A stretch of 64,000 nucleotides of DNA from Nitrospirota bacterium (GTDB lineage: Bacteria; Nitrospirota; Nitrospiria; 2-01-FULL-66-17). Below, one piece after another: positions 21,901 through 31,515 of the stretch. The number at the start of each line of letters is the position of its first letter. Positions within the stretch are counted from its first letter, which is position 1. Both the position numbers and the translations under genes were made by a program. Below the pieces are notes generated by a model. The model was not told where the DNA came from. It searched no databases and saw nothing but the letters and a program-made list of their open reading frames with translations. The stretch is taken from the NCBI GenBank assembly GCA_049325335.1, contig JBMOMC010000001.1:1-64000 (forward strand), in the 5' to 3' direction.

Positions 21901-23601
21901 TTATTTGCCCGCCTGTACAGTGACGTGCATGGTGACCGGCATGGCGTTTGGGCGCGTCACGGTCGCATCGATCGTCCACGCGCCCTTCATCGCCAGATCC
22001 ACCGCGGCTTCGTAGATGCCGTCTTTGAGATGGCTCGCCTTCACCGTTTCGACCTCCATGCCCGGCATGGCCATGGTGTATGCCACCGTCACCGCGGCGT
22101 CCGTCACGGGCGCGTTGTTCGCGCGGACCGTGACCCGGACCGTGTTTTCACCTTTCTTGGCCGGCGCGGGGACCGTCTCCACGGTGAGGGTGAGTCCGCC
22201 GATCGTCTGCGTGGAGGGGGTATCGGCCGCGCTCATCGACATGCCTGGCATGTCCGTCATGTTGTCGGCTCCCATCCCCTTCATGTCCTTCATGTCCGGC
22301 ATGCCTTCCATCCCCTCCATGTCCATCTCACCCATCTGCGCCTGCTCCATCCGGATGCCGCCCATACCGAGCGCGCCCATCATGTTGGTCGCCGCCATCA
22401 GCTTGCTCTCCGAGTCGATCAAAAAGGTCGCCGACGTCACGACCCGATCACCCGCCGCCAGTCCGTCGACCACTTCGGTATAGTCGCCGAACGATCGGTC
22501 GATCGCGATTTGCCGCGGCTCATAGCGTCCATCGCCTCGATCCAGAAATGCGATGGTTTGCGTGCCCGAGTCCAGCACCGCGGTGCGGGGAACGGCGAGC
22601 ACCGGCTGACCGTGGACCCGGATCGTCACGTCGCCATACATCCCGGGCTTGAGCCGACCGTCGGGGTTGGGGAATTCCAGCCGAACCCTGGTCGTCCGCG
22701 TGTCGGGCGACACCACCGGATCGATGAACACGACCCGACCATGGAACACCCGGTGAGGAGAGGCAGCCAGGGTGACTTCCGCGCCCTGATCCACCGCCAC
22801 CAGCGGGAGGTCGTGCTCGTAGACATCCGCATAGACCCACACCGTGGAGAGGTCGGCGATCTCATAGAGCGGCATGTCCGGCGTCACGTACATGCCCTGA
22901 AACGCCATCTTCTTGGTGATGACCCCCGAGATCGGCGCCACGAGCGTGGTCTCGGCCTTGGGGTCTCCGTCGGCCAAGGCGTCGATCTGATGGTCGCTCA
23001 GGTTCATGAGCCGGAGCCGCTCCCGCGCCGCCGTCACTTGCGCCTCGGCTCCGGTTCGGATCGGTTCCATCGGGGACTGCCCCACTCGGGCTTGGGTGCG
23101 GAGGGCCAATCGATACTCGGCCTGGGTGGAGGCGAGCTCGGGGCTATAGATCGTGAGCAAGGGTTCTCCGGCGCGCACGGCTTGGCCCGTAAAATCCGCG
23201 GCGAGATGGGATACCCACCCTGCGACCCGGAGATTGACTTGCTTGACCCGCCGCTCGTCATACGCCACAGTGCCGACCGCACGGATGCCCGTCTCAAACG
23301 GCCGACGTTCCACCGGACCGGTCTTGACCCCGATGGCCTGACGACGGGCGGACGTGAGTGTGACCTGATCCTGGCGCTGGTCGTTCCGGCCTCGATCCAT
23401 CCGCATACCCGCCATGTTTCCACCCGACATGTCCATGTCCGTCATCTCGGACATGGACGCCATCCCGCCCGAGGCCTCCGGGCTTTCTGCCGCGGCCATC
23501 TGGCTCGACAGGACCCACCACCCCACGGATACGGTGACCATGATGCCGCCGAGAAAGCCCAAGAGGGTTACCGTTGTAGTTCGATACGCTTGCTGTGTCA
23601 T
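21901..23601 (-). CDS. cusB: CusB-like RND periplasmic adaptor with Met-rich segments and a C-terminal YtkA/FixH-like domain
   Basis: YSPEL, IADLSTVWV, LKPGMY, FLIDSES; two Met-rich tracts. Confidence 0.88.
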   Translation of the reverse strand: MTQQAYRTTTVTLLGFLGGIMVTVSVGWWVLSSQMAAAESPEASGGMASMSEMTDMDMSGGNMAGMRMDRGRNDQRQDQVTLTSARRQAIGVKTGPVERRPFETGIRAVGTVAYDERRVKQVNLRVAGWVSHLAADFTGQAVRAGEPLLTIYSPELASTQAEYRLALRTQARVGQSPMEPIRTGAEAQVTAARERLRLMNLSDHQIDALADGDPKAETTLVAPISGVITKKMAFQGMYVTPDMPLYEIADLSTVWVYADVYEHDLPLVAVDQGAEVTLAASPHRVFHGRVVFIDPVVSPDTRTTRVRLEFPNPDGRLKPGMYGDVTIRVHGQPVLAVPRTAVLDSGTQTIAFLDRGDGRYEPRQIAIDRSFGDYTEVVDGLAAGDRVVTSATFLIDSESKLMAATNMMGALGMGGIRMEQAQMGEMDMEGMEGMPDMKDMKGMGADNMTDMPGMSMSAADTPSTQTIGGLTLTVETVPAPAKKGENTVRVTVRANNAPVTDAAVTVAYTMAMPGMEVETVKASHLKDGIYEAAVDLAMKGAWTIDATVTRPNAMPVTMHVTVQAGK

Positions 23602-23621
23602 GGTTGTGTTCCTTTCCGCAT

Positions 23622-24875
23622 TTAAGGGAGATCGTTTCCGACAACGCGCTCCAGTTCGGCGCGTTGTTCGGCCCAATCAGCAAGCGCGACATCCGCCGCG
23701 AGACGCACGTCGCGCAACTGCCGTTCGGCGTCGATAAGATTCAGAAAATCGGTCCGGCCGGTCGTGTACGCGATCCGCGCCGACTCCAACCCCTGTTCGG
23801 CTTGCGCCATGATACCGTTGCGATAGAAATCGATCAGCGTCTGGGCGGTGGTGAGCTTGAGGAATACATCTCGGACCAAAAACACGGTTTCGTTCCGGGC
23901 CGCGTCCACCTCGGCCGCGGCCCGTGCCCGACCTGCGGTTTCCTCCGCGACCTTTGCCCGGTATTTCCCGGCGGCCGCCCACGGGAGCGTCATCTTACCC
24001 GCGAGCATCCAGCGGTTCGGTCCGTCGTGCACGTCCCAGTACGAGACCTCCGCCATGAAATCGGGCCACCAACCGCGCTTGGCCAGCGCGATGGCTTCCT
24101 CTTGACGTTCCACCATGCGCCCAGCAGCGCGAATCTCGGGGCGCTGCTCCAGAGCTTGCGCCTCCAGTACATCAAGCGAGACCCGCAGGGATTGATATTC
24201 AATCTGCGCCGTGCCGAAGAACAACGGGTCCTCGGGACGGCCCGCGAGCGTGTTGAGCTCGATGCGCAGGCTCTGCTGCTCTTGTTCGAGCGCCAGGAGA
24301 CTTGCGTGCAGCGTGGAGAGTTCAATCTGGGCCTTAAGGCTCTCCTGCTGGGTCGCCTGCCCGACCGTGTAGCGGTGCAGCGCGCTCTGAATCAACTCGT
24401 TCAACAACGCCTGGTGCTCGCGGTGAACCGCGATCTGTTGCTGCACGCGGTAGAGCCGGGCGTACGCCGTTTTCACCTGGGCCCGGATACGACGCGTCAC
24501 GGCAAGATAGTCCTGTTCCGCGGCCTCTGAATCGAGCGCGGCGATACGGCCCCGTAAGGCCCGCGTGCCGGGTGAGGGGAAGGCCTGTTCGATCCCGTAC
24601 CAGGTCTGACCGGTCTCACCCAGGTTCAAATCCGACGGGACATCCCATTCGGTGATGCTGACGACCGGGTCCTCAAGCGCACGCGCCTGAGGGGCTTGGG
24701 TTTTGGCCGCTTCCCACCGTTGCCGCGCCGCGACAATGGTCGGGTTGGCGGCCGTGGCCCGATCGAGCAGCGCTTCGAGCGTCTGATCAGCGGACCACCC
24801 GCTGGAGGGATCAACGATCGCGGCGTGCACCGCCGCAAGACCGATCAACAACACCCGACAGAGTCGCACTGACAT
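23622..24875 (-). CDS. TolC-family outer membrane protein
   Basis: Signal peptide, ANPTI, RPEIRAA, YTTGRTDFLNLIDA; first gene of the RND trio. Confidence 0.9.
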   Translation of the reverse strand: MSVRLCRVLLIGLAAVHAAIVDPSSGWSADQTLEALLDRATAANPTIVAARQRWEAAKTQAPQARALEDPVVSITEWDVPSDLNLGETGQTWYGIEQAFPSPGTRALRGRIAALDSEAAEQDYLAVTRRIRAQVKTAYARLYRVQQQIAVHREHQALLNELIQSALHRYTVGQATQQESLKAQIELSTLHASLLALEQEQQSLRIELNTLAGRPEDPLFFGTAQIEYQSLRVSLDVLEAQALEQRPEIRAAGRMVERQEEAIALAKRGWWPDFMAEVSYWDVHDGPNRWMLAGKMTLPWAAAGKYRAKVAEETAGRARAAAEVDAARNETVFLVRDVFLKLTTAQTLIDFYRNGIMAQAEQGLESARIAYTTGRTDFLNLIDAERQLRDVRLAADVALADWAEQRAELERVVGNDLP

Positions 24876-24966
24876 ACCATCCTCTCGTTTCGGTTGTGAG
24901 GTCGCACAACGGACCAACGCCCCATCGCGCGAAGCGATGAGCGTTACCAGAACAGCGAGCGGACGA

Positions 24967-25362
24967 TCAGCGGATCAGCGAGGCGTGCAGTACAAACAGG
25001 GGAACGTGTGGGGGAACCGGACCATGCGGCTCGGCGTACTCGACGCGGTGGGGGATCTCGGACCACAACGCACCGCTGATAACGTCAGGCGGGACGAACG
25101 TCACCGGTGCGATGGGAAGCACCGTCAACGTATCGAGCGCATACTGGAGCGTGATGGATAAGGAAACCGTCTGCCCGGGGTGGAATGGGCACTCCATGGG
25201 GCTGGATGCGGCGTCTCCCAGGACCGGAGCTTCGGTCATCGCCAACGACGGGAGGGGACAGAGCGCCGACACGACCATAAAAAACACCAGAACCGACGCG
25301 ATGACGCCTCCAATCGTCCGCCGTCCGAATAACGTATCCACCGACCACTGGCCCAGCCGCAT
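24967..25362 (-). CDS. small membrane protein upstream of the metal efflux operon (DUF2946-like)
   Basis: TM segment, CPFH, C-terminal PPHVPLFVLHASL; position inferred as typical. Confidence 0.5.
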   Translation of the reverse strand: MRLGQWSVDTLFGRRTIGGVIASVLVFFMVVSALCPLPSLAMTEAPVLGDAASSPMECPFHPGQTVSLSITLQYALDTLTVLPIAPVTFVPPDVISGALWSEIPHRVEYAEPHGPVPPHVPLFVLHASLIR

Positions 25363-25451
25363 CGCCACGAAACAACCATACCCCCGAGGGAAACCGGCTG
25401 TCAAGACGACTCGGTTGCACCGCAGCGCATCGTCTGCTACGCTGCGACGCG

Positions 25452-25877
25452 ATGATCACGAGACGCTCTCGCCGGTTGGCGCTGACGCTCGCCGCGGTGT
25501 TTGCGGCGCGCACGGCCTACGCGGGGCTGGTTCACGGCCCACTCGTGTTGACTCCGCTGGTATATGCCCGGTTTCCGACCGCGATGAACCCCGCGCTCAA
25601 CCTCCCCGCGTTGCTCGCGGTCGAAGCGCTGGTCTCGCTGCTACTAGTCGTGTCGTTCGCCGCCTACTTCCGACAGGGTTGCCCCGGCTGGCGATCCGCC
25701 GCCACGTTCGGCCTCTGGTTCGGTGCCCTGCTGTACGTCCCGCAGAACCTGCTCAATTGGATTTTACTCAGCCCGGTTCGTCCCCCGCTGGTGGCGGCCT
25801 GGATCGCGGCGGGACTCGGCAGCGGCGTGGTGAGCGCATTGGTCTGCTGCGCGTTCATCCCGCGCTCGGCCGACTAA
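25452..25877 (+). CDS. hypothetical membrane protein
   Basis: Four hydrophobic segments. Confidence 0.65.
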   Translation: MITRRSRRLALTLAAVFAARTAYAGLVHGPLVLTPLVYARFPTAMNPALNLPALLAVEALVSLLLVVSFAAYFRQGCPGWRSAATFGLWFGALLYVPQNLLNWILLSPVRPPLVAAWIAAGLGSGVVSALVCCAFIPRSAD

Positions 25878-26395
25878 CGGGCGCCCTCGGGCCGCGCGTC
25901 ACGGTCGAGAAACGCCGTCACCCGCGCGGCAGCAATGTCCGCGTGAAACAGCAACGGCTGGAACGACCGCAACCCGACGTCAAATTCCTCCTCCCACGGA
26001 AGGTGATGGCCGCGATCCGGCCACACCAGTTGGAGCGCGGGGAACGGACGCCCGCCGTAGAACCATGCGGCGTCCGGGAGCAGACGGTTGCGCCACATTT
26101 CATCGACGCCGCGAAACACGCAGCGATACGGCGGTGCCAGCAGCGTATCTTCCTGGCCGTCCGCGTACGAACCGCCCTCTTGGAGCGACCGTCCGATCGC
26201 GTCCAACAGCCCGCTGAGCACGTCATTCGGCAACCCGAAGACCGCGACCTCCGGATGGCTAAACGTCTGCGTGAATCCCACGGAAAACGCCCAGCCGTGG
26301 TGCCCGTTGTCCGGCGTCACGATCACGGCGTGCCACCCGACGGTGTTCACGTCGTGGATCACGAGTCGGCCATTTTCGGGGCGACGCTCCATCAT
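25874..26395 (-). CDS. DUF4262-like protein
   Basis: GWH, FSVGF....HPEV.VFGL, ALQLVWPD.G..LPWE motifs. Confidence 0.8.
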   Translation of the reverse strand: MMERRPENGRLVIHDVNTVGWHAVIVTPDNGHHGWAFSVGFTQTFSHPEVAVFGLPNDVLSGLLDAIGRSLQEGGSYADGQEDTLLAPPYRCVFRGVDEMWRNRLLPDAAWFYGGRPFPALQLVWPDRGHHLPWEEEFDVGLRSFQPLLFHADIAAARVTAFLDRDARPEGAR

Positions 26396-26448
26396 AGCGA
26401 CCACGTTAACACAAAAACCGAAATGCAGCGTGCGTCCCCCAACCATAG

Positions 26449-26476
26449 GGAACTTTTTTTGACGATTCGCGTCTAA
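26449..26476 (+). promoter_or_regulatory. ECF sigma promoter, probably autoregulatory
   Basis: GGAACT-N16-GTCTAA, 32 bp upstream of the ECF sigma ATG. Confidence 0.7.
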
Positions 26477-26508
26477 GCGTGTGGAGAACGTCACCTAGAA
26501 CGGACGCA

Positions 26509-27123
26509 ATGGACCGGACGGCTTTCGAGGATCAGATCATTGGGCTGCTGGACGACCTGCTGGGGGCGGCCATGCGGCTCGCCAAGAATCGGCAGGACGC
26601 CGAAGATCTGGTGGCCGAATCGGTGGCCAAGGCCTGGGCCAACCGACGCTCGCTGCACGATCCCGCCCGCTTCCGGGCCTGGCTGTTTCGAATCCTGACG
26701 AACGTGTTCATCAGCGAGTGTCGGAAACGCAGCGCCCGCCCGAAAGCCGACGTGTCCCTGGACGCGCCGGGTGATAGCGAGGCGGCGTTTTCCCTCTTCG
26801 AGGAGCTGCACCAGCCCTTCTTGTTGTGGTGGGGAAATCCCGAGCAGGACTTTCTTAACAAGCTCCTCCGCCGCGACATCGAACGCGCGGTGGACGCGCT
26901 GCCGGAGACCTTTCGCATGGTGGTGGTCTTGGCGGACATGGAAGGGTTTTCGTATCACGAGATCGGCCGGATGCTGGGGGTCCCGATCGGCACGGTGCGA
27001 TCGCGCTTGGCGAGAGCGCGAAGTCACTTACAGAAGGCGCTCTGGGTCCACGCAAAGGAGACGCCGGTGGATCACCACTCACACGAGGCATGCCATGAAG
27101 CGGGTCAAGACGATCGGATGTGA
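26509..27123 (+). CDS. ECF RNA polymerase sigma factor (SigH/SigR-like)
   Basis: DAEDLV, FRAWLFRILTN, GFSYHEI..MLGVPIGTVRSRLARAR. Confidence 0.93.
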   Translation: MDRTAFEDQIIGLLDDLLGAAMRLAKNRQDAEDLVAESVAKAWANRRSLHDPARFRAWLFRILTNVFISECRKRSARPKADVSLDAPGDSEAAFSLFEELHQPFLLWWGNPEQDFLNKLLRRDIERAVDALPETFRMVVVLADMEGFSYHEIGRMLGVPIGTVRSRLARARSHLQKALWVHAKETPVDHHSHEACHEAGQDDRM

Positions 27124-27334
27124 AGAAGCCTTGTCCCACCTCCTCGAGTACCTCGATCAGGAGGTGGGAGCGACGACACGCCATCAAGTCGAACATCATC
27201 TGGACGCGTGCCGAAGTTGTTTCTCGCGCGCGGAGTTCGAACGACATTTACGGGACAAGCTTCGCTCGACGGGACGGCAGCCGGCAGGCGAGTCGTTTCG
27301 AGAACGGATCAAAACCCTGGTGAAGCGGTTTTAA
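27095..27334 (+). CDS. zf-HC2 (ZAS) anti-sigma factor
   Basis: CEE..L.EYLD.E and HLDACRSC (HxxxCxxC); overlaps the sigma 3' end. Confidence 0.9.
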   Translation: MKRVKTIGCEEALSHLLEYLDQEVGATTRHQVEHHLDACRSCFSRAEFERHLRDKLRSTGRQPAGESFRERIKTLVKRF

Positions 27335-27360
27335 CCACCAATCACTGAGGAGGACGCTCG

Positions 27361-27801
27361 ATGAACCCATTACGCATCGCTGCTGTGGTTGGACTCTCCG
27401 TCGCGGTCGCGGCCGTTGGCTGCGCGCGCCATACCAAACCCGAGGCGTCACTCTATGAGCGACTGGGCGGCAAACCCGCCATTACCGCGGTCGTCGCGGA
27501 TTTCCTGAACACAGTGGGATCGGACCGTCGGATCCAGCACCAGCCCGCGCCCGAACGCGTCCCGATGCTGGCCACCAACCTGGTGGATCTCGTCTGCCAA
27601 GCCACCGGAGGGCCGTGCCAGTACCAGGGACGGCCGATGAAGGCCGCACACGCCGGGATGGGCATCACCGGCAGCGAGTTCGAGGCGGTGGTCGATGACC
27701 TCGTCCAGACCCTCGACCACTACCAGGTGCCCGAACGGGAGAAAACCGAGTTGCTCGCCATGTTGGCGCCGATGCGGGGCGACATTGTCGAAGCGCAATA
27801 A
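27361..27801 (+). CDS. group I truncated hemoglobin with lipoprotein signal
   Basis: AVGC lipobox, LYERLGG, GGP..Y.GR.M..AH (proximal His). Confidence 0.88.
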   Translation: MNPLRIAAVVGLSVAVAAVGCARHTKPEASLYERLGGKPAITAVVADFLNTVGSDRRIQHQPAPERVPMLATNLVDLVCQATGGPCQYQGRPMKAAHAGMGITGSEFEAVVDDLVQTLDHYQVPEREKTELLAMLAPMRGDIVEAQ

Positions 27802-27876
27802 CCACGGCACCGAGGATCGCTGCTTTCCGTGACGGGTAACATACGGCCCGTCGCGGCACCCACAAAGGAGAGACAC

Positions 27877-28659
27877 ATGGTCGCCATCACTGACACGAAC
27901 AAAGATTCGATCTTCAAGGCCGTCTCACACATGTACACCGACGTGGCGCGTTGCCCCACCCGAACGTTCCACTTCCCTACCGGCCGCCCCGCGTGCGAGT
28001 TCGTTGGGTACCCCGCCCACGAACTCGACGCGATACCGACGACCGCCGTGGAGTCGTTCGCGGGCGTCGGATACCCCTTTGCCGTGGGGGCGATCCGGGA
28101 GGGCGACACCGTGCTCGACATCGGGTCAGGATCGGGAACCGACGTACTCATCGCCTCGCTGCGGGTGGGACCGAGCGGCAGGGTCTACGGCTTGGACATG
28201 ACGCCGGCCATGCTCGAGAAGGCACGGTCCAACGCCGCCGCCATGAACGCGCGGCACGTGACGTTCATCGAAGGGAACGCCGAAAAGATCCCGCTTCCCG
28301 ACGCCTCGGTGGATGTCGTGACCAGCAACGGCGTGTTGAACCTCGTACCCGACAAGCCCCGTGCCTTTGCCGAAATCTTCCGCGTCCTCAAGCCTGGTGG
28401 CCGGATCCAGATCTCGGACATCGTACTCGGCAAACCCATCAAAGAAACGTCGCGGGAGAATCCACAACTCTGGGCCGAGTGCATCGTGGGGGCGGTCCTC
28501 GAGGACGAGTACGTGGCGCTCTTCCGCAAGGTGGGCTTCGCCGACGTTGAAACGGTTTCCCACGTCGATTACTTTTCGCGGAGCCCTGAACCCGACACCC
28601 GCGAGGTGGCTGAGAAGTACGGCGCGATCACGGTCATCTTGAAAGGCACGAAGGCGTAG
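27877..28659 (+). CDS. ArsM-like SAM-dependent methyltransferase
   Basis: FHFPTGR, SFAGVGYP, VLDIGSGSGTD, SNGVLNLVPDK, LWAECIVGA. Confidence 0.85.
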   Translation: MVAITDTNKDSIFKAVSHMYTDVARCPTRTFHFPTGRPACEFVGYPAHELDAIPTTAVESFAGVGYPFAVGAIREGDTVLDIGSGSGTDVLIASLRVGPSGRVYGLDMTPAMLEKARSNAAAMNARHVTFIEGNAEKIPLPDASVDVVTSNGVLNLVPDKPRAFAEIFRVLKPGGRIQISDIVLGKPIKETSRENPQLWAECIVGAVLEDEYVALFRKVGFADVETVSHVDYFSRSPEPDTREVAEKYGAITVILKGTKA

Positions 28660-28694
28660 CTCCCTCCCAACCGATCACGGATGGAGGTGGGGTC

Positions 28695-29783
28695 ATGTCA
28701 CTGACAGCAGCACATGCGACGTTCGATCAGGCCAAGGCCGAGGCCTTTGCTGGGAAAGTTCTCACCGCACTCAATCACGGCGCGCTGTGCCTAATGATGT
28801 CGGTGGGCCACCGCACCGGGCTCTTCGACGCCCTGAGCACGTTGCCGCCCGCCACGTCGATGGAGATCGCCGAGTGCGCGGGCCTGAACGAGCGTTACGT
28901 CCGCGAGTGGCTCGGCGCCATGGTGACCGGCGGGGTGGTCGAATTCGACCCGGCAAGCCTGCGCTACCGACTTCCGGGCGAGCACGCGGCCTACCTGACA
29001 CGCGCCGCCGCGGACAACATGGCGGTCTTCGCCCAGTACATCGCCGTGATGGGGGGCGTGGAGGACGACATCGTCGAGTGTTTCACGCGGGGCGGTGGCG
29101 TGCCGTACGAGAAGTTTCCGCGCTTCCACGAGGTGATGGCCGAAGACAGTGGCCAGTCGGTGCTGTCCGCGCTCGAGTCGCACATCCTACCGCTGGTGCC
29201 GGGGCTGACCGAGCGGCTCGCCCGGGGCATCCTCGTGCTCGACGCCGGCTGCGGTCGGGGGCGCATCCTCACGCGACTCGCCGAGCTCTACCCCCAAAGC
29301 CGCTTCGTGGGGATGGAACTCTCGCACGAGGCCACCGGGTACGGGCGTGCGGAGGCGGCGAGGAAGGGCCTCGCAAACGTCGAGTTCACGGCCGCGGATT
29401 TGAGTAATTTCGACGAGACCGCCGACCCCGAATCCTTCGACTTCATTACGACGTTCGACGCTGTCCACGACCAGGCCAGGCCGCTCAACGTGCTCAGAGG
29501 CATCCACCGGGCCCTGAAATCGGACGGAGTGTATCTCATGCAGGACATCAGTGGCACGAGCCACGTGCACAAGGACATCGAGCACCCGATCGGGACGTTT
29601 CTCTATTCGATTTCCTGCATGCACTGCATGACGGTATCGCTCGCCCAGGGCGGGGAAGGCGTGGGCGCGATGTGGGGCGAAGAGAAGACGCGCGAGTACC
29701 TGAGCCGCGCCGGGTTCCGGTCCGTGGCCATGCACCGCCTGGCGCACGACATCCAAAACAATTGGTACGTGGTGAGGAAGTAG
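28695..29783 (+). CDS. SAM-dependent methyltransferase with N-terminal winged helix (Rv2258c-like)
   Basis: GHRTGLF, LNERYVREWL, VLDAGCGRG, FDAVHD, CMHC. Confidence 0.85.
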   Translation: MSLTAAHATFDQAKAEAFAGKVLTALNHGALCLMMSVGHRTGLFDALSTLPPATSMEIAECAGLNERYVREWLGAMVTGGVVEFDPASLRYRLPGEHAAYLTRAAADNMAVFAQYIAVMGGVEDDIVECFTRGGGVPYEKFPRFHEVMAEDSGQSVLSALESHILPLVPGLTERLARGILVLDAGCGRGRILTRLAELYPQSRFVGMELSHEATGYGRAEAARKGLANVEFTAADLSNFDETADPESFDFITTFDAVHDQARPLNVLRGIHRALKSDGVYLMQDISGTSHVHKDIEHPIGTFLYSISCMHCMTVSLAQGGEGVGAMWGEEKTREYLSRAGFRSVAMHRLAHDIQNNWYVVRK

Positions 29784-29803
29784 CGTAGGGTTCGACCGAA
29801 CGC

Positions 29804-30619
29804 GTGGATCCGACGATCGGCATAGTCCGGGCGGCGCCAGCCTTCGGTGGTCTCGCCGTGCTGCTCGCCGCCGAGGCGGTGCGGCCGTTCCGTGCACCGG
29901 TCCAGGCCAAGCTGCGCCACGTGGCCACGAACCTCCATCGCGGGCAGCAACGCGGTCGTGGTCAATCTCCTGTTCGGCGGCCTGTTGCTCGCGTGGGCGG
30001 ACCACGCAGCCCGCGCCGGGTGGGGGCTGTTTTCGTAGGTCCCGCTCGGGCTCGCGGGGAACGTCCTCACGTCGGTCGTCGTCCTGGACCTCGTCTTCTA
30101 CGGCGCGCACTGGGCCAACCATCGCGTCCCGGTGCTCTGGCGCTTTCACCGCGCCCACCACAGCGACGTGGACTTCGACACCACCACGGCACTGCGCTTT
30201 CATTTGGGCGAGATCTCTGGTCAACGGCGGTCAAGGCGACCTCGATCGCGCTGCTCGGTGTGTCGCCGTGGGGCTTGGTCGCGTTTGAAGCCATACTCGG
30301 ACTGGCCGCCCAGTGACAGCACAGCAACCTGCGCCTACCAGACCAATGGGGTGCTGCGCTGCGCCTGGTCATTGTCACGCCGAACATGCACCGCATCCAC
30401 CACTCGCGGGTGCCGGAGGAGCACAACGCGAACTACGGGACGATCTTCTCGTGGTGGGACCGGTTCGCGCGAACGTACCAGATGGACGTCGACCAATCCG
30501 GCATCGCGATCGGCCTTGCCGAATACCGTACGCCTAGGGAGGCCACGTTTTCACGGTTTTGGCTCATGCCATTTGACCCAGGATGTCATACGCGTTCAAC
30601 GGGTGGAACCACCCGCTGA
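29804..30619 (+). pseudogene. sterol desaturase/fatty acid hydroxylase family pseudogene
   Basis: His boxes HWANH, HRAHHSD, HSN, HRIHHS split by frameshifts near 29936 and 30215 and stops TAG 30036-38 and TGA 30314-16. Confidence 0.85.
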
Positions 30620-30657
30620 ATTGGCGTAAAATTCTCAGCCTTACCTTAGGGGGAACC

Positions 30658-31515
30658 ATGGCCCATCTCGACACCCAACAACACATCGACATGCAGCGCC
30701 GGGACTGGAACCGGGTCGCGCCCGCGTGGGAAAAGTGGGATCGGCTGCTCGACGAGAATCTCGCGTTCATCAATTACCGGCTCGTGGGTGACGCACGGCT
30801 CCGTCCTGGTCATCGGGTGCTGGACCTTGGCTCCGGAACCGGTTACCCCGCGGTGCTTGCCGCGCAAGCGGTCGGACCTAAGGGCGAGGTCGTCGGCCTC
30901 GACGTGGCCGACGACATGCTCGAAGCGGCGCGCCGCAAAGCCAAGGCCCTGGGCTTGGCCAACGTCGCGTTCCGGCCTGCCGACGTCACCACGCTGCCGT
31001 TTGACGCACGTTCGTTCGACGCGGTCATTTCGCGTTTTTGTCTGATGTTCCTTCCGGACGTGCCCAAGGCCGTGGCCGAAGTCGCGCGCGTGCTCAAACC
31101 AGGCGGGTACGTGGCGGCCGCGGTCTGGTCGTCACCGGATAAGAACCCTTTTGGTCGAGCGTCGATCGACGTGATCAAAACCTTCATCGACGTCCCCACC
31201 CCGGCGCCGGATCAGCCCGGGATCTTTCGACTGGCCCCACCAGGAGACCTGCTGGGAATGATGACGCGGGCGGGCCTGACCGGTCTCGGCGACGAGGAAG
31301 TCATCGCGGAATCTCCCTTTGCCTCACCGCAGGAATTTTTGGACAACCTGCTGGACATCGCGGCGCCGATTCAAAATCTGATGGCCAAGCTGACCGCCGC
31401 GCAACAGGAGGCCGCGAAGGAAGGCATCAAACGCGCGGTAGAACCCTATCGCCGGGGAACAGGCGTGGCCTTACCCATGGCGATCCGAGTCGTGACCGCG
31501 CGGAAACCGGCCTAA
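30658..31515 (+). CDS. class I SAM-dependent methyltransferase
   Basis: VLDLGSGTG, LPFD..FDAVISRFCLMF, LKPGG. Confidence 0.9.
   Translation: MAHLDTQQHIDMQRRDWNRVAPAWEKWDRLLDENLAFINYRLVGDARLRPGHRVLDLGSGTGYPAVLAAQAVGPKGEVVGLDVADDMLEAARRKAKALGLANVAFRPADVTTLPFDARSFDAVISRFCLMFLPDVPKAVAEVARVLKPGGYVAAAVWSSPDKNPFGRASIDVIKTFIDVPTPAPDQPGIFRLAPPGDLLGMMTRAGLTGLGDEEVIAESPFASPQEFLDNLLDIAAPIQNLMAKLTAAQQEAAKEGIKRAVEPYRRGTGVALPMAIRVVTARKPA

Noticed and set aside
19861..23625. Long alternative ORFs 19861-21879 (-) and 21925-23625 (+)
   Set aside because: Shadow frames of cusA and cusB typical of high-GC DNA, with no recognisable motifs
30314..30316. In-frame TGA as selenocysteine or recoding
   Set aside because: The same gene has a TAG and two frameshifts, and the position is not a Cys-type site
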